A stretch of DNA of 64,000 nucleotides from Prolixibacteraceae bacterium (GTDB lineage: Bacteria; Bacteroidota; Bacteroidia; Bacteroidales; Prolixibacteraceae): contig JAUWAB010000012.1 of assembly GCA_030602265.1 (NCBI GenBank), positions 5,923-69,922 of the forward strand. The letters are read 5' to 3'. The position numbers and the translations under genes were made by a program. Of this stretch, positions 1-11,231 are shown piece by piece; positions within the stretch are counted from its first letter, which is position 1; every line of letters begins with the position of its first letter. Under the pieces are notes generated by a model, which had not been told where the DNA came from, made no database searches, and saw only the letters and a list, made by a program, of their open reading frames with translations.

Positions 1-605
<605 letters not shown>

Positions 606-698
606 TTATTAGTTAGGTAAATATACTCCGGCAACCACACAATGGTTTTCAGTTCCAGATATTAGATTTCCAATTCCGGATAAAATATTTCCTGAATT

Positions 699-3600
699 TT
701 AGATTTCTGTAGGGGATTTCTGATAATATTTCTTGAAAACCGTACTGAAATAACCCACGCTGGTAAAGCCGCACAGCTCACTTACCTCAGTAACAGAATA
801 CCTGCGGGATTGAAGTAATTCCATGGCGTGTTTCATCCGCATGGTTTTAACAAATTCGGTTGGCGACATATTGGTGAGGGCCTTCATTTTCTTGTACAAC
901 AGCGAAGAACTTACATTCATGGCCAGGGCAAACTCCTCCTTGTCAAATTCGGTATTCGGGATATTGGCTTTGGCCACCTCCACCATCTTCTTCACAAAAG
1001 TGTCGTTCAGTTCATTCGTCAGTAAGGGTTCCTCCCCCGAATTGCTGATCAGCTTAAGTGCCTTCTCCTGCACAATCTCCCGGTTTCGTATAATCGACCT
1101 GATTCTTTGTGTGAGCAGGCTCATGTCGAAAGGTTTGGTCAGGTAGTCGTCGGCGCCCAGACCCAGTCCGTGCAACTGTTCACTTTTTTCAGAAAGGGCA
1201 GATAGCAGGATTACCGGAATATGTGAGGTTTCATAGGTTGATTTCACTAAGCGGCAGAATTCAAAACCATCCATTCCGGGCATCATGATATCAGACACCA
1301 CCAGGTCGGGCAGATGCTTTAAAGTGAGGTTCCAGGCAGCCTCTCCATTCCGGGCAAGCATCAGGTTAAATTCATCCTTCAGCGCCGTTTCCATAAAATT
1401 CAGAAGATCCTCATTATCCTCCACTATCAGAATTCTCATGCCCCCCTTTTGAATGGGTTCTTTCTGCTGTTTCCCGGAAACCGGTTTGGATTCCTGGACC
1501 GGAATTTCCGCCGGGAGACCGGGTAAGCCCTCATTTTGTTCACAATCAGTGATTGACCTGTACGGCACCTCTAAGGTGAAGGTGGATCCTGCGTTTTCCT
1601 GACTTTCACAAAATACTTCGCCGCCATGCATGGCAATGTATTTCTTTACCAGCAACAGCCCGATTCCCGACCCCACCGTTTTGGAATTAATGGCATTCTC
1701 TCCCCGGTAAAATTCTTTGAACAATTGAGTTTGTGCCTTCCTGCTTATGCCGATTCCATGGTCTTTAACCTGAAGCTCCCAATGGGTATCTTCGCATTTC
1801 AGGTCAACTTCCACCCGGCCTTCAGGGTTGGAATACTTTACCGCATTGGAAATCAGGTTGTCGATTGCTTTTTCCAATTTCGCTTCATCGGCACAGGTGA
1901 GGTAGCTCTCTCTGTTCATGGTGAACACAAACTGGATATTCCTGTCAGCCGCAACCGGTTTAAAAAATGCAATCCGGCCATTGACCATCGATACGACGTC
2001 GACAACCGTCCACGCGAGATATTCCTTTCCAATATCCGCTTTCTGGAAGTCCATTAACTGGGTGACTACAGAGGAAAGTTGCCGGGTCTGGTCTTTTGCC
2101 AGTCCGAGGAAATAGCTTCCGGATGCAGACAGGCTGGTCTCCCTGCTTAATTCCTCAATAGGCGCTTTTATTAAGGTCAGGGCAGTGCGGATATCATGGG
2201 CGGTGTTGGTGAAAAAGCGTATTTTTTCCTCATTGTGCTTCTGTTTCAGATTCTTGATATAAAGAAGCATATAAAGGAAAACGATGCCTGCCAGGAAGAC
2301 CAGCAACGACCCCCAGAACCATGTTTTCTTCCAGAATGGCGGAATTAACCTGATCGTTAAGGAACGCTCGCTGACCACCTCCTTCATTGAGTTATCGAGC
2401 AGCCGGATTTTCAGTTCAAACCTGCCTGCAGGCAAATTGGTGTAAGTTATTATCCTGCTGTCAACGGGTGGATTCCATTCCTTGTCGAATCCCTCCAGTT
2501 TCCACGAAAACCTGGCCCCCGAAGGAATGCCGATGGGTACCAGTTCCAGGTTTATGGTATTCTGAAAATAGCGAAGATTTAAAAGGCTCAGTTCGTCGAC
2601 CGGGGTTTGTAAATTAAGGTCGGGGATTTCCCTGATCGATCTGCCGGCAATCATGATATCCTGAAAAAAAATCCGGCCGCCGGAATTGCTTTCAGTCAGG
2701 GCATCAGGATGAAAAAAAACAGCGCCATGATTGGTTCCCCAGGCTAACTGCCCATTTTCCGACCGGCCCGCTGCGCTTTTGTTATAGGAAATACCCGACA
2801 GGGCGAAAATGGACCGATAGGACATCACTGACTTATCGGCGGGATTAAACCGGCACAAGCCATTTTCTGTACCAAGCCACAGGTAATTATCCGAATACAG
2901 GATACTGTTGATGAAGTCGGAGGGCAATCCGGACTGAATATCATATTTAACAATCGCCCCGCTGTCATAGTTGTACTCAATTAATCCTTCTCCGCTGGTA
3001 CAGATCCAGACCGTATGGTTAATCACCAGAATATCCTGAACCACAATCCCCGACAATAAATTGGTCAGTTCCCCCGACTGTTTGTCGATTAATGCCAAAC
3101 CATAGCTGAGTCCTACCAGTATTTTCCCGTTTTCGAGCTCGCAGAATGAGCTCACCGGTTCTTCGGTATAGGTAACAAACGACTCATTATCCATCTGATA
3201 CCGGACAAACCGGCCATTAACACCGCCGATCCACAAATCGCCGTCACTGTCCTTATAAATATCAAAGATGAAATTACTTACCCCGGATAAGGTTGTTTCA
3301 TTTCTGAAATGGTGAGCAAGCTCCCTGCCGCTTTGCCGGTCGAGCACATAAAACCCTGAAGAATAACTTCCTGCCCAGATTCTGCCCTTGTCATCCTCAC
3401 AAAGCGACAAAAACACCTGTGCCTGTTCAAGTTTGTTGTTATAGAAGTGTTTCCATCCGCCGGTCCTGGCATTCCAGCAACTTATACCATTATTGGTGGC
3501 AAACCACCATTTCCCGTCCCGGTCTTCCAGGATGCTGTTAATCTCATTGTTGGCCAACGAATGGGGATTATGGGCCTGATGCACCATCTGGGTAACGATG

Positions 3601-4577
3601 GGCAGGGAAAGGTCGGAAAAAGAAACCCCACCACTGATGGTTGACACCCAGATCCTTTTTCCGGGTTCATAAAAAATATCGTAAATCCCGTTCCCCCGGA
3701 GAGAACCGGGATCTTCGTCATTCTCCTTATATACATTCAGCAGCTGTCTCCCCTCTTTGTCCAGCACCCAAATCCCCTGACCGTCGATCCCGGCCATGAT
3801 GGTGGTATCACTGTTCTCCGCCAGGGCGAGAATTGGCTGCTTTGGGATGACCGGATCGAGAACATGTGCGAAATTTCCGCTGCTGAAATCATAGGAAAAC
3901 AATCCGGAGGACATGGTGCCCAGCCACAACTTTTGATCTTTGGGGTCATAAAATACCGATGAGACAGAGATCGGAAGATGGCCGGGAATTTTATAAACCG
4001 TTTGTCTTTCCTCTGTGTCAATATTCAACAGCCCGATTTCTTCGCCTCCCGACAGCAGAATCTGCTTATTGTCATACCACGAAACCGAATACCTGCCGGA
4101 AGAAACTTCACCCAGAAACCGGAGGTCTCCCGAATGGTACCGGTATAGTCCGGCGTTCGTTGCAATCCAGTATATTCCGGAATCATCAACCAGCAGCCTG
4201 TATACATCGAAGTGTGGGTTGTCAATCAGCCGGCTAAGGTTAACCATCAGTTCAAAGCGGTCGGAAACAGGATTATATGAAAAAATCTGGCCGTTATTGG
4301 AATAGGCGACAAGCTGTGAATTTCCACAGGCCAGTTTGACGGTTATGGCTCCGGCCGTTTGGTACGGAAGCTGGTAGATACGGTAATCGTCATCGGTAAG
4401 TCTCAGAATCCCGGTTTTGGAAGATGCCCAGATAAACCCGTTGTCATCCCTGAGAATTGAGTTCGTAGCCCTTACGGAAATTCCATACAGCGAATTGATA
4501 CTGTAAAACTTCACGTGTGAAGCATAGGAAATGAGTGCTGATAATGTGAGAACCAATATTATCAGTTTTTCCTTCAT
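699..4577 (-). CDS. Hybrid two-component system protein: periplasmic beta-propeller/Y_Y_Y-type sensor, histidine kinase, receiver and AraC-type HTH.
   Basis: 1292-aa ORF with an ATG start. It has an N-terminal signal and a long repeat-rich periplasmic region, then the TM segment WFWGSLLVFLAGIVFLYMLLYI. Further motifs are the H-box FFTNTAHDIRTAL, the ATPase G-box GSGIGLLLVKKY, the receiver RILIVEDNEDL...DLVVSDIMMPGMDG, and the C-terminal AraC HTH SVTEVSELCGFTSVGYFSTVFKKYYQKSP. Confidence 0.95.
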   Translation of the reverse strand: MKEKLIILVLTLSALISYASHVKFYSINSLYGISVRATNSILRDDNGFIWASSKTGILRLTDDDYRIYQLPYQTAGAITVKLACGNSQLVAYSNNGQIFSYNPVSDRFELMVNLSRLIDNPHFDVYRLLVDDSGIYWIATNAGLYRYHSGDLRFLGEVSSGRYSVSWYDNKQILLSGGEEIGLLNIDTEERQTVYKIPGHLPISVSSVFYDPKDQKLWLGTMSSGLFSYDFSSGNFAHVLDPVIPKQPILALAENSDTTIMAGIDGQGIWVLDKEGRQLLNVYKENDEDPGSLRGNGIYDIFYEPGKRIWVSTISGGVSFSDLSLPIVTQMVHQAHNPHSLANNEINSILEDRDGKWWFATNNGISCWNARTGGWKHFYNNKLEQAQVFLSLCEDDKGRIWAGSYSSGFYVLDRQSGRELAHHFRNETTLSGVSNFIFDIYKDSDGDLWIGGVNGRFVRYQMDNESFVTYTEEPVSSFCELENGKILVGLSYGLALIDKQSGELTNLLSGIVVQDILVINHTVWICTSGEGLIEYNYDSGAIVKYDIQSGLPSDFINSILYSDNYLWLGTENGLCRFNPADKSVMSYRSIFALSGISYNKSAAGRSENGQLAWGTNHGAVFFHPDALTESNSGGRIFFQDIMIAGRSIREIPDLNLQTPVDELSLLNLRYFQNTINLELVPIGIPSGARFSWKLEGFDKEWNPPVDSRIITYTNLPAGRFELKIRLLDNSMKEVVSERSLTIRLIPPFWKKTWFWGSLLVFLAGIVFLYMLLYIKNLKQKHNEEKIRFFTNTAHDIRTALTLIKAPIEELSRETSLSASGSYFLGLAKDQTRQLSSVVTQLMDFQKADIGKEYLAWTVVDVVSMVNGRIAFFKPVAADRNIQFVFTMNRESYLTCADEAKLEKAIDNLISNAVKYSNPEGRVEVDLKCEDTHWELQVKDHGIGISRKAQTQLFKEFYRGENAINSKTVGSGIGLLLVKKYIAMHGGEVFCESQENAGSTFTLEVPYRSITDCEQNEGLPGLPAEIPVQESKPVSGKQQKEPIQKGGMRILIVEDNEDLLNFMETALKDEFNLMLARNGEAAWNLTLKHLPDLVVSDIMMPGMDGFEFCRLVKSTYETSHIPVILLSALSEKSEQLHGLGLGADDYLTKPFDMSLLTQRIRSIIRNREIVQEKALKLISNSGEEPLLTNELNDTFVKKMVEVAKANIPNTEFDKEEFALAMNVSSSLLYKKMKALTNMSPTEFVKTMRMKHAMELLQSRRYSVTEVSELCGFTSVGYFSTVFKKYYQKSPTEI

Positions 4578-5055
4578 CCTATCAATAGATTTAGTGAATC
4601 CATCCGGTAGTTTTATATATGCCTTATCAGTTATAAATTTTGATCCGGAACATTGACTAACCTATCCGGCCCGGCCTTATGCAAATATTGCAGTATTTTC
4701 GATAATTTCAGTCCAGATCTGATTCAAAGCATAAAGAAATATGAAACTTTATGAAACGGCTCCAATCCCTTCCGTGAATATTTACCTGAATCATATGGAA
4801 TTCTGAAATTTCCATGATTGCATAAACACAAACCGTTATGAATAACTTTCCAAATGGCTCCGATAGCAATTGGGGCGACAGATATCGGGGCCATCTGACC
4901 ATTAAAAAACAAAAACAATTTATACAGATGAAAGCCTCACCACTAAGGAGTTCTGATATTAAAGGAAAAGTGACAAAAGGACATAAATATAAGCGATTGC
5001 GGTACAACAAAAGTGTGATGGATTAAAAAGCCCACATTGAATGCACGGCAGGAGC

Positions 5056-5167
5056 CCCGTAGGGGTGACATATGGGTAGTACAGAGGTATCAAAAATGAA
5101 TTCGATCCCAGCCGGGATCGCATTTTCGCCAGCAGCTTATGTGCTACCTATCTGTAATCCCTCCGGG
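5056..5167. repeat. About 112-nt imperfect inverted-repeat element with a central GC hairpin.
   Basis: The left arm CCCGTAGGGGTGACATATGGGTAGTAC (5056-5082) pairs with the reverse complement of 5141-5167 at 21 of 27 positions. The central palindrome is CGATCCC-agcc-GGGATCG (5103-5120). The right arm shares a 27-mer with 22026-22052. Confidence 0.5.
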
Positions 5168-5335
5168 ATTTGGAGCATGATGACAGTGTATTTTACATGA
5201 ATACTTAAACTAAAATATATTCTAATAAAATAAACATGGATTGAAAACGAAACACGACAGCAAATAGGGTTTTCCTCACGATTTCCATTTTGGCATCAGG
5301 CTTCTTCCTTTCCGGCCAATGTGAAGAATCATCTT

Positions 5336-5761
5336 TTATTTCCCGTATTTTTCCTGCATATACCGGATGGTATCCAGAACCAGCGTCTTCAACTCATTCA
5401 GATTGATATCAGAAAGTTTCTTAACATAAATACAACCCTTGCCCATTTTGAATTTACCCAGGTTTTCCAGCAGGTGAGCCTGCTCCGGCATACCGGTGTA
5501 AACGTACAGGGAGATGGCAGCCTTCCGGGGAGAAAAGCCCACCAGCGGCCAATCCCCTTCCTGCCTGCTTCGTTCCGATTTATAATGATAAACTCCGAAT
5601 CCGATGATTGAAGCACCCCACATTTTCGGTTCAAAGCCCGTCCATTCCTCCATAAGTTCCAGCAATTCGAAGCCATCTCTGCGCTTCTGCTCCGTATCGG
5701 CGAAAGATTCGATAAAAGCCCGGACATCAGCATCGGTCTGTTTTGTTTTTAGTTCTGCCAT
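5336..5761 (-). CDS. DUF1801 (YdhG-like) domain protein.
   Basis: 141-aa ORF. The sequence MAELKTKQTDADVRAFIESF...GFSPRKAAISLYV...CIYVKKLSDINLNEL matches my recollection of the DUF1801 family layout. Confidence 0.7.
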   Translation of the reverse strand: MAELKTKQTDADVRAFIESFADTEQKRRDGFELLELMEEWTGFEPKMWGASIIGFGVYHYKSERSRQEGDWPLVGFSPRKAAISLYVYTGMPEQAHLLENLGKFKMGKGCIYVKKLSDINLNELKTLVLDTIRYMQEKYGK

Positions 5762-6009
5762 ACAGGTTCAAGATTAATGTGGAAAATTTTTTAAAGACAT
5801 TCTGTAAATGTATAAATAAATTTCCGCTTATACTGAAAATCAGGGGAGAAAACCGTAAAGCCGTTAACAGCATCTAAGGTCCTCAACATAAGTCGGCTAA
5901 CATTAAAAGTATTTTTAAATCTTTTATAAATAGCGGCATCAAAATATCTAAAAAAAACCGGGCATGCAGCAATCTGCACGCCCGGCCAATAGTTAGATAT
6001 TTCACAGGT

Positions 6010-8238
6010 TTATCTGGTGTAAATCACTTTTCCGTGGTAAACCTTATCCTGAACGGTTACCTGATAAATCAGCATCTGGCTGGCCAATCCATGTGGTTTG
6101 AATTCAAACCGGTTATACACGCCGCCATCTAAATAACCTTCAAACAACTGACTGATCCTCAATCCCATAGAATTGTAAATCTCAACCTTAACCATGGCAC
6201 TTTCCGTCAGGCCAAACTCGATATTCAGTCTGTCGGTAAACGGATTCGGAAAAGCAAGCAGTTCGGTCTCCAGAAGTTCCATCCCTGCCTCAATCTCGGC
6301 AGATTTTTTCTTCAGTTTACGGACAGAAAGCGTGAACGAAACGGTTGTTGTCGCCGAATTTCCGGATGCATCATAAGCAGTTAACAAAATGGTTTCACTC
6401 GTAGCCTGATGATACGGGGTACCTGGCGCAGGCACCTGTTCATAATAGGCCACTCCACAGGCATCATTTGCCGGGAAAAGGGAGGACAGGTCAGGCAGCA
6501 GGTAGACCTCTCCCTCGGTAATGGTCACCTTGTGGCTTTTCTTACCCGCTCCAAACACCGGAGGCACCCCATCCACAACGACGATCAGCGTGGTACATGT
6601 AGCTGTCTCTCCATGCTGATCGGTCACCGTCAGGGTCACTTCCACCGGATTTCCAATATCACTGCAACTGAAGGAAGAAGGATGCGCCGAAATATTCAGC
6701 TGACTGAATGGGGTATGGTCATCTGTACTACCCTGGGCCAGCAGGGCCAGATCAGCCGAAGTAAGGGTATACAGTCCGGAAGAATTAAGCATAACACTTA
6801 GCTCATTACAAACCGCCACCGGCGGATTATTGACATTTCGGACGGTTACGACCACCATATCCGGAGCCGAATCAAGCGAACCATCGTTTACAACCAATAC
6901 AAATTCCAGAGGGGTATCTACATTAACCAATGGAGCTGTGAACTGCGGTACGGCAGAATTGGCAGCCTGAAGGTTGATTCCGGCGGGAGCTGTCCACTGA
7001 TAGGTAATCGAGTCACCATCAGGATCATAGGACCCTCGCCCGTCGAGCCGCACGGTTGCCCCTTCGTTCACCTCGAAATCATGACCTGCATGGGCAACAG
7101 GACGGCTATTCTCCCCGGAAGTCACTGTAATGATAACCTCATCGGCATCGCTCAATCCAAGGTTATCGGTAACCACTACCATAAAGGTAAGTACGGTTTC
7201 GGAAGTAACGGTTGGTGCAGTGAACCGGGGATCTGGTGCGAAGTAGTTATCCAGGACTATACCCTCGGGGGAAATCCATTCGAAAGAAAGCGGATATCCG
7301 TCGGGGTCTGTGGAAGCCGAGGCATCCAGGATTACCGTTTCTCCGGAGTTGACAAACTGAGGAGTGCCGGCATCGGCAACCGGAGGATTGTTCTCTATGA
7401 TTCCGTCGCAATTGTTATCCACCCCACTGCCCGGGACATCTGCAGCCCCCGGATGGCGGCCGGGATCAGCGTCGTCGCAATCCTCACCGTTGGCCACATA
7501 GCCCGTCGGACGGGTACACTGCCCCACCGAAAACTTCGGGTTGCCATAACCGTCGCCGTCCGCATCAAGATACCAGATTCTATAGTCAGGATGATCCGGA
7601 GAACAGGTATTTTGCGGGACAACCACCACCGAAGCTTCTATGCCTTCGGTCCCCACTTCGCCGTTAATCTCGACTTTTTTGACAAATATATTGCTTTCGA
7701 AGGTCAGGGTTAACGGTTTCTCAGGAATCTCAGGGGTATTCACCGTGAAATAGAAATTTTTATAGGGCACATTCTCGAACCTGAAATAACCGTTTGCATC
7801 TGTTTGGGTTGAACTGAACACTTCACCGGTTTCGACCAGGATCAGAAAGACATTGACGAATGCCAGCGGATTTCCCTGAAGCAATGCCTTAGCAGCTTTC
7901 AATACCAATGCATTCGTCTCCTGGTTCTCGTTTTCCGTAAGGTTCCCGGCGAGTTCAAAGGTAAATTCCACCGAACCACTGATCTCGTTCAGGATAATCC
8001 CGGCTGTAGCGATATAAGCATTGTTGGCATACAGATAAGTACCCTGCTGCCCCGCCGACACATATCCGGTATAATTTCCACCGGAAACCAGTCCGGCCCC
8101 GGCCGACACCGCGCTCTGGACATTCTCCTGCGCCCTGAGGGGGTACAGCAGGATACTGCAGAACAGCAGCACCCAAAGCCTCAGAGGAGGCGAGACATTC
8201 GCCGGCCTGATTCTTTTTATTATTTCAACTGAGATCAT
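6010..8238 (-). CDS. T9SS-sorted surface protein with a Cys/Asp metal-binding motif and PKD/Ig-like repeats.
   Basis: It has a signal peptide and the motif DADGDGYGNP...DCDDADPGRHPGAADVPGSGVDNNCDG. Two clear ~95-aa repeats carry D(A/G)S.S.DPDG-type motifs (DASASTDPDGYPLSFEW, DGRGSYDPDGDSITYQW), followed by further Ig-like sequence. The C-terminus FPNPFTDRLNIEF...VKVEIYNSMG is typical of type A T9SS sorting domains. Confidence 0.85.
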   Translation of the reverse strand: MISVEIIKRIRPANVSPPLRLWVLLFCSILLYPLRAQENVQSAVSAGAGLVSGGNYTGYVSAGQQGTYLYANNAYIATAGIILNEISGSVEFTFELAGNLTENENQETNALVLKAAKALLQGNPLAFVNVFLILVETGEVFSSTQTDANGYFRFENVPYKNFYFTVNTPEIPEKPLTLTFESNIFVKKVEINGEVGTEGIEASVVVVPQNTCSPDHPDYRIWYLDADGDGYGNPKFSVGQCTRPTGYVANGEDCDDADPGRHPGAADVPGSGVDNNCDGIIENNPPVADAGTPQFVNSGETVILDASASTDPDGYPLSFEWISPEGIVLDNYFAPDPRFTAPTVTSETVLTFMVVVTDNLGLSDADEVIITVTSGENSRPVAHAGHDFEVNEGATVRLDGRGSYDPDGDSITYQWTAPAGINLQAANSAVPQFTAPLVNVDTPLEFVLVVNDGSLDSAPDMVVVTVRNVNNPPVAVCNELSVMLNSSGLYTLTSADLALLAQGSTDDHTPFSQLNISAHPSSFSCSDIGNPVEVTLTVTDQHGETATCTTLIVVVDGVPPVFGAGKKSHKVTITEGEVYLLPDLSSLFPANDACGVAYYEQVPAPGTPYHQATSETILLTAYDASGNSATTTVSFTLSVRKLKKKSAEIEAGMELLETELLAFPNPFTDRLNIEFGLTESAMVKVEIYNSMGLRISQLFEGYLDGGVYNRFEFKPHGLASQMLIYQVTVQDKVYHGKVIYTR

Positions 8239-8244
8239 AATATC

Positions 8245-10734
8245 CTATTTTATGACGGTGGTTGAAACATTATCTGCAGACTGTACATCCCCGGAAGCAT
8301 CGATTTTTAACTGTACCAGACGGGCAAGCATTTCGATCTGGCTTTTCAGTTCGTTCATCTCCTTCTGGCTGGCCGACGACGCCACCAGCTCATCTTTCAG
8401 GAGCCTGTTCTCTTTTTCGAGGGCTTCCACTTTGTGGTTCAGCTCTTTAACTGCCTGAAGCAGGACCGCTGTAAAGCCATTGTAATTGACTGATTTAAAG
8501 CCATCGCTGCCGGTTTTCACCAGGGCAGGGAACTGGGCTTCCAGCTCCTGGGCAAGCAGGCCGATCTGCTGGTCGGCAGAGAAATTCTTTTCCGGGTATT
8601 CCTCTTGTTTCCAGAAATAGGAATATCCGCCGAGTGATTCGATTTTATTTAAAGTATTGCCGCTTAATGGCTGGATTTCTTTTTTGAGACGCTCATCGGA
8701 ATTGTAGCTGTTGGTTCCGGAGCCCTCGATATCACCATTGACCGTCAAAGTTCCGTTGACCTCAGCTCCTGTAACCATTTTAAACGGTCCGCTGCCATAC
8801 GTTCCGAAGCTCGTTAGGGTAGTTGTTTCACCGGTGCTGCTGACCAGGGTTAAAGTACCCCTTTCACTTTCTTCATCGGGCCAGGAAGACATATTTATTT
8901 TAACTTCGTTATCTTTTCCCAGCATTTCAAACCACGGAATATCTGCATCTTCCCAGGTTTTGCTGCCAATTGAAAAGTTGGTGGAGCTTGGGCCCCTTAA
9001 TTCAAAATGCCCTGAACTACCCCCTTCTCCTACTGTTGTTTGCATGTAAACCCGGCTCTGTCCGCTTGCATCATCAAGCGCCACATGAGGGTTAGTTCCG
9101 CTCAAAACAAGCCGGCCCGTTTCACCATCGGCACCAACCAGCCCCAGGTTTATTCTTTCCGTATTGGATTTATCGAAAAATCCTGCCTGGGCATGGGAAC
9201 CGTGGAGCGTTAGCATACCAAAATCACCATTTCCCCAGTCCTGTGTGCTAAGGACGCCTGTTCTTTTAAACGGTTCAGGAGAATTGGCCCCAAAAATTTC
9301 CATCATCCCCTGCAGGAGGGAGCTGTTGTAATTGGTACTGCGTAATGTTAATCCCCTCTGCCAGGTGGCGTTCGACAGTGCTAATCCATCGGGACCAATT
9401 ACGGCACGATTTTCATCCTGGCTGGTCAGCGTAATATAACCTGCGTTGATCCTTGAGCTGACGCCATCTTTGGAAAACAGGTTAAAATAGCCGTTCTCAT
9501 GAATATCGTTCGAGGCTGACATTTCCGCAATCACATTATTTTCTGTTCCCTTCATCACAAAGTAGGGAAGATTGGGATTCTCCTGGCTTTTATTGCCTAA
9601 ATAGATATTCTCAGATTCCGGACCATTCAGGTAGAGGTTACCTGCATTGCCATTACCATTCATTTCGGCACTGTGCTGATTTTCGGGTGTAATTAAAAAA
9701 ATCCCTCGCTGATCTACCAGGGTTCTGGTATTATCCTCTCCAGACAGCGTGATGTTTCCTCCGTGAGAATTGTCACCCTCATTCGTACCTTTAACCAACA
9801 CATATTCCTTCCAATCAGGGCCGTTAACCGAAAAATGATGGGGTGTAATGCTCGACTTGTTGCCATAGGAGTCCTGAAGTATGATCACACCTCTTTCTTT
9901 TTCTTCGCCATTCCCCTGATACTTTGCTCCTGTCAGTTCAATAATCTGATTACTTGTTGAACCGAGCATATTTATCCTTGGCATATCGGGATTCTCCCAA
10001 TGGCGGCTCCCGATTTCAAAATTGGTACTGTTGGGCCCCCTGAGTAAAATGGTGCCCGAGTAACCCAGATTGCCCCAGTTCTGAGACATCATCTGTGCAT
10101 TAAAAACACTCCCGTTCCTGAACCAGAGACCTTCGGATCCAAAGCCGCTCATAGGCTGATTGTTATGCGAAACACCAAAGCCACCGGGATTGAGCACCAT
10201 ACGGGTCCCGCCGTTTGAGGTAATACTCATGTAGCCATCCTCGACAGTGGAACCCGAGACTTCATAATTGTTTATCCCCATAGACACCCGCTGGCTGTTG
10301 GCTTCGGGCGTTAATCCGAATAAACCGACGAAAGGCAAATCACGGTTTTGCGATAACAAGGTTGCATATAGGCGAGAACTCCCGGCACCCCTGGAGTCTA
10401 TCCCAACAGAAGGTGAGGGAATGGGTTTGTACAATGTAACCGGAGACAACGCTACATTACCAACGGAAATCTCCATCTGCCGTTCATCGGTTCCGTCGAA
10501 GATATTGCCCGGAATAGGATTGGTGCTTCCCAGTACAATAAAATAGAGACCATCTGTTATGGCTACTTCATTGTGCGTTTCACTCCACTCCAACGCTGGA
10601 ATTGAAACGGTTATCGCCCGGGTTCCATTGACAGGAACCCCTTCCTCTATTAATTTTCCCTGAAAAGGGAGCTTTTGTCCCTGCACTGAAAGTGCCAGCA
10701 AGAATAACACAGAAAGTAAATAAAATTTTCTCAT
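8245..10734 (-). CDS. Secreted tail-fibre-like repeat protein with a C-terminal peptidase S74 / intramolecular chaperone domain.
   Basis: It has a signal peptide (LLALSVQGQ) and internal repeats (LRGPNSTNFEIGSRHWENPDMP, LNGPESENIYLGNKSQENPNLP, LRGPSSTNFSIGSKTWEDADIP). The C-terminal stretch SDERLKKEIQPLSGNTLNKIESLGGYSYFWK...GLLAQELEAQFPALV...NYNGFTAVLLQAVKELN is followed by a coiled coil. The gene lies 6 nt upstream of the T9SS gene. Confidence 0.8.
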   Translation of the reverse strand: MRKFYLLSVLFLLALSVQGQKLPFQGKLIEEGVPVNGTRAITVSIPALEWSETHNEVAITDGLYFIVLGSTNPIPGNIFDGTDERQMEISVGNVALSPVTLYKPIPSPSVGIDSRGAGSSRLYATLLSQNRDLPFVGLFGLTPEANSQRVSMGINNYEVSGSTVEDGYMSITSNGGTRMVLNPGGFGVSHNNQPMSGFGSEGLWFRNGSVFNAQMMSQNWGNLGYSGTILLRGPNSTNFEIGSRHWENPDMPRINMLGSTSNQIIELTGAKYQGNGEEKERGVIILQDSYGNKSSITPHHFSVNGPDWKEYVLVKGTNEGDNSHGGNITLSGEDNTRTLVDQRGIFLITPENQHSAEMNGNGNAGNLYLNGPESENIYLGNKSQENPNLPYFVMKGTENNVIAEMSASNDIHENGYFNLFSKDGVSSRINAGYITLTSQDENRAVIGPDGLALSNATWQRGLTLRSTNYNSSLLQGMMEIFGANSPEPFKRTGVLSTQDWGNGDFGMLTLHGSHAQAGFFDKSNTERINLGLVGADGETGRLVLSGTNPHVALDDASGQSRVYMQTTVGEGGSSGHFELRGPSSTNFSIGSKTWEDADIPWFEMLGKDNEVKINMSSWPDEESERGTLTLVSSTGETTTLTSFGTYGSGPFKMVTGAEVNGTLTVNGDIEGSGTNSYNSDERLKKEIQPLSGNTLNKIESLGGYSYFWKQEEYPEKNFSADQQIGLLAQELEAQFPALVKTGSDGFKSVNYNGFTAVLLQAVKELNHKVEALEKENRLLKDELVASSASQKEMNELKSQIEMLARLVQLKIDASGDVQSADNVSTTVIK

Positions 10735-11231
10735 CTTTTTGGTTATTAAATCGTTATTACTAATTTATATTGAATGAATCACAGGATGCAAGGTGCCACC
10801 GGATGACCGGTGAAAAACTACCGTACAGTATAGCAAGGCTTGTAAAATGATCTGTCTTACAAAATTTACATTTCATTCAGTCTGCACTGTTTATATGTCT
10901 GTTATAAGGTATTAAGTGGTGTGAATCCGGGGATTAAATCCCTCTATGCAAATATATTAAAGATATACCTACCTATTTATCTTTTTATTGTGTTCAGGAA
11001 TATTTTTTTCATAAGTTCTTTATGGACCATCATTCCCCATTAACAAATCACAAGAAAAAAAGTCAAATCTGGCTTGATCCGGAGAGTTATTTAACAAAAT
11101 ATGCAAACCCTCCGCCCACTGAGGATATTTCTACTTTTTGAATCTAAATATTAACAGTTCGGGAATATTTATCCCAATCCAGAGTGACTTATCCAGCCCG
11201 GCACAAGTTTGATAAATGAACAGTCTGAATT

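Noticed and set aside
4708-5026. Track ORFs 4708-5010 (-), 4724-4918 (-) and 4838-5026 (+) in the HTCS upstream region.
   Set aside because: They are mutually overlapping frames in an AT-rich intergenic tract, with low-complexity products and no motifs. This is more likely promoter or leader DNA for the hybrid sensor gene.
5095-5125. tRNA-like T-arm look-alike (GAATTCGATCCCAGCCGGGATCG).
   Set aside because: No acceptor stem, D-arm or anticodon arm can be drawn around it. It is the central hairpin of the 112-nt inverted-repeat element.
8245-10734. Interpreting the tail-fibre/S74 gene as evidence of a prophage or tailocin.
   Set aside because: No capsid, portal, terminase, baseplate, sheath, integrase or lysis genes occur anywhere in the window. 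The protein has a Sec signal and is coupled to a T9SS cargo gene.
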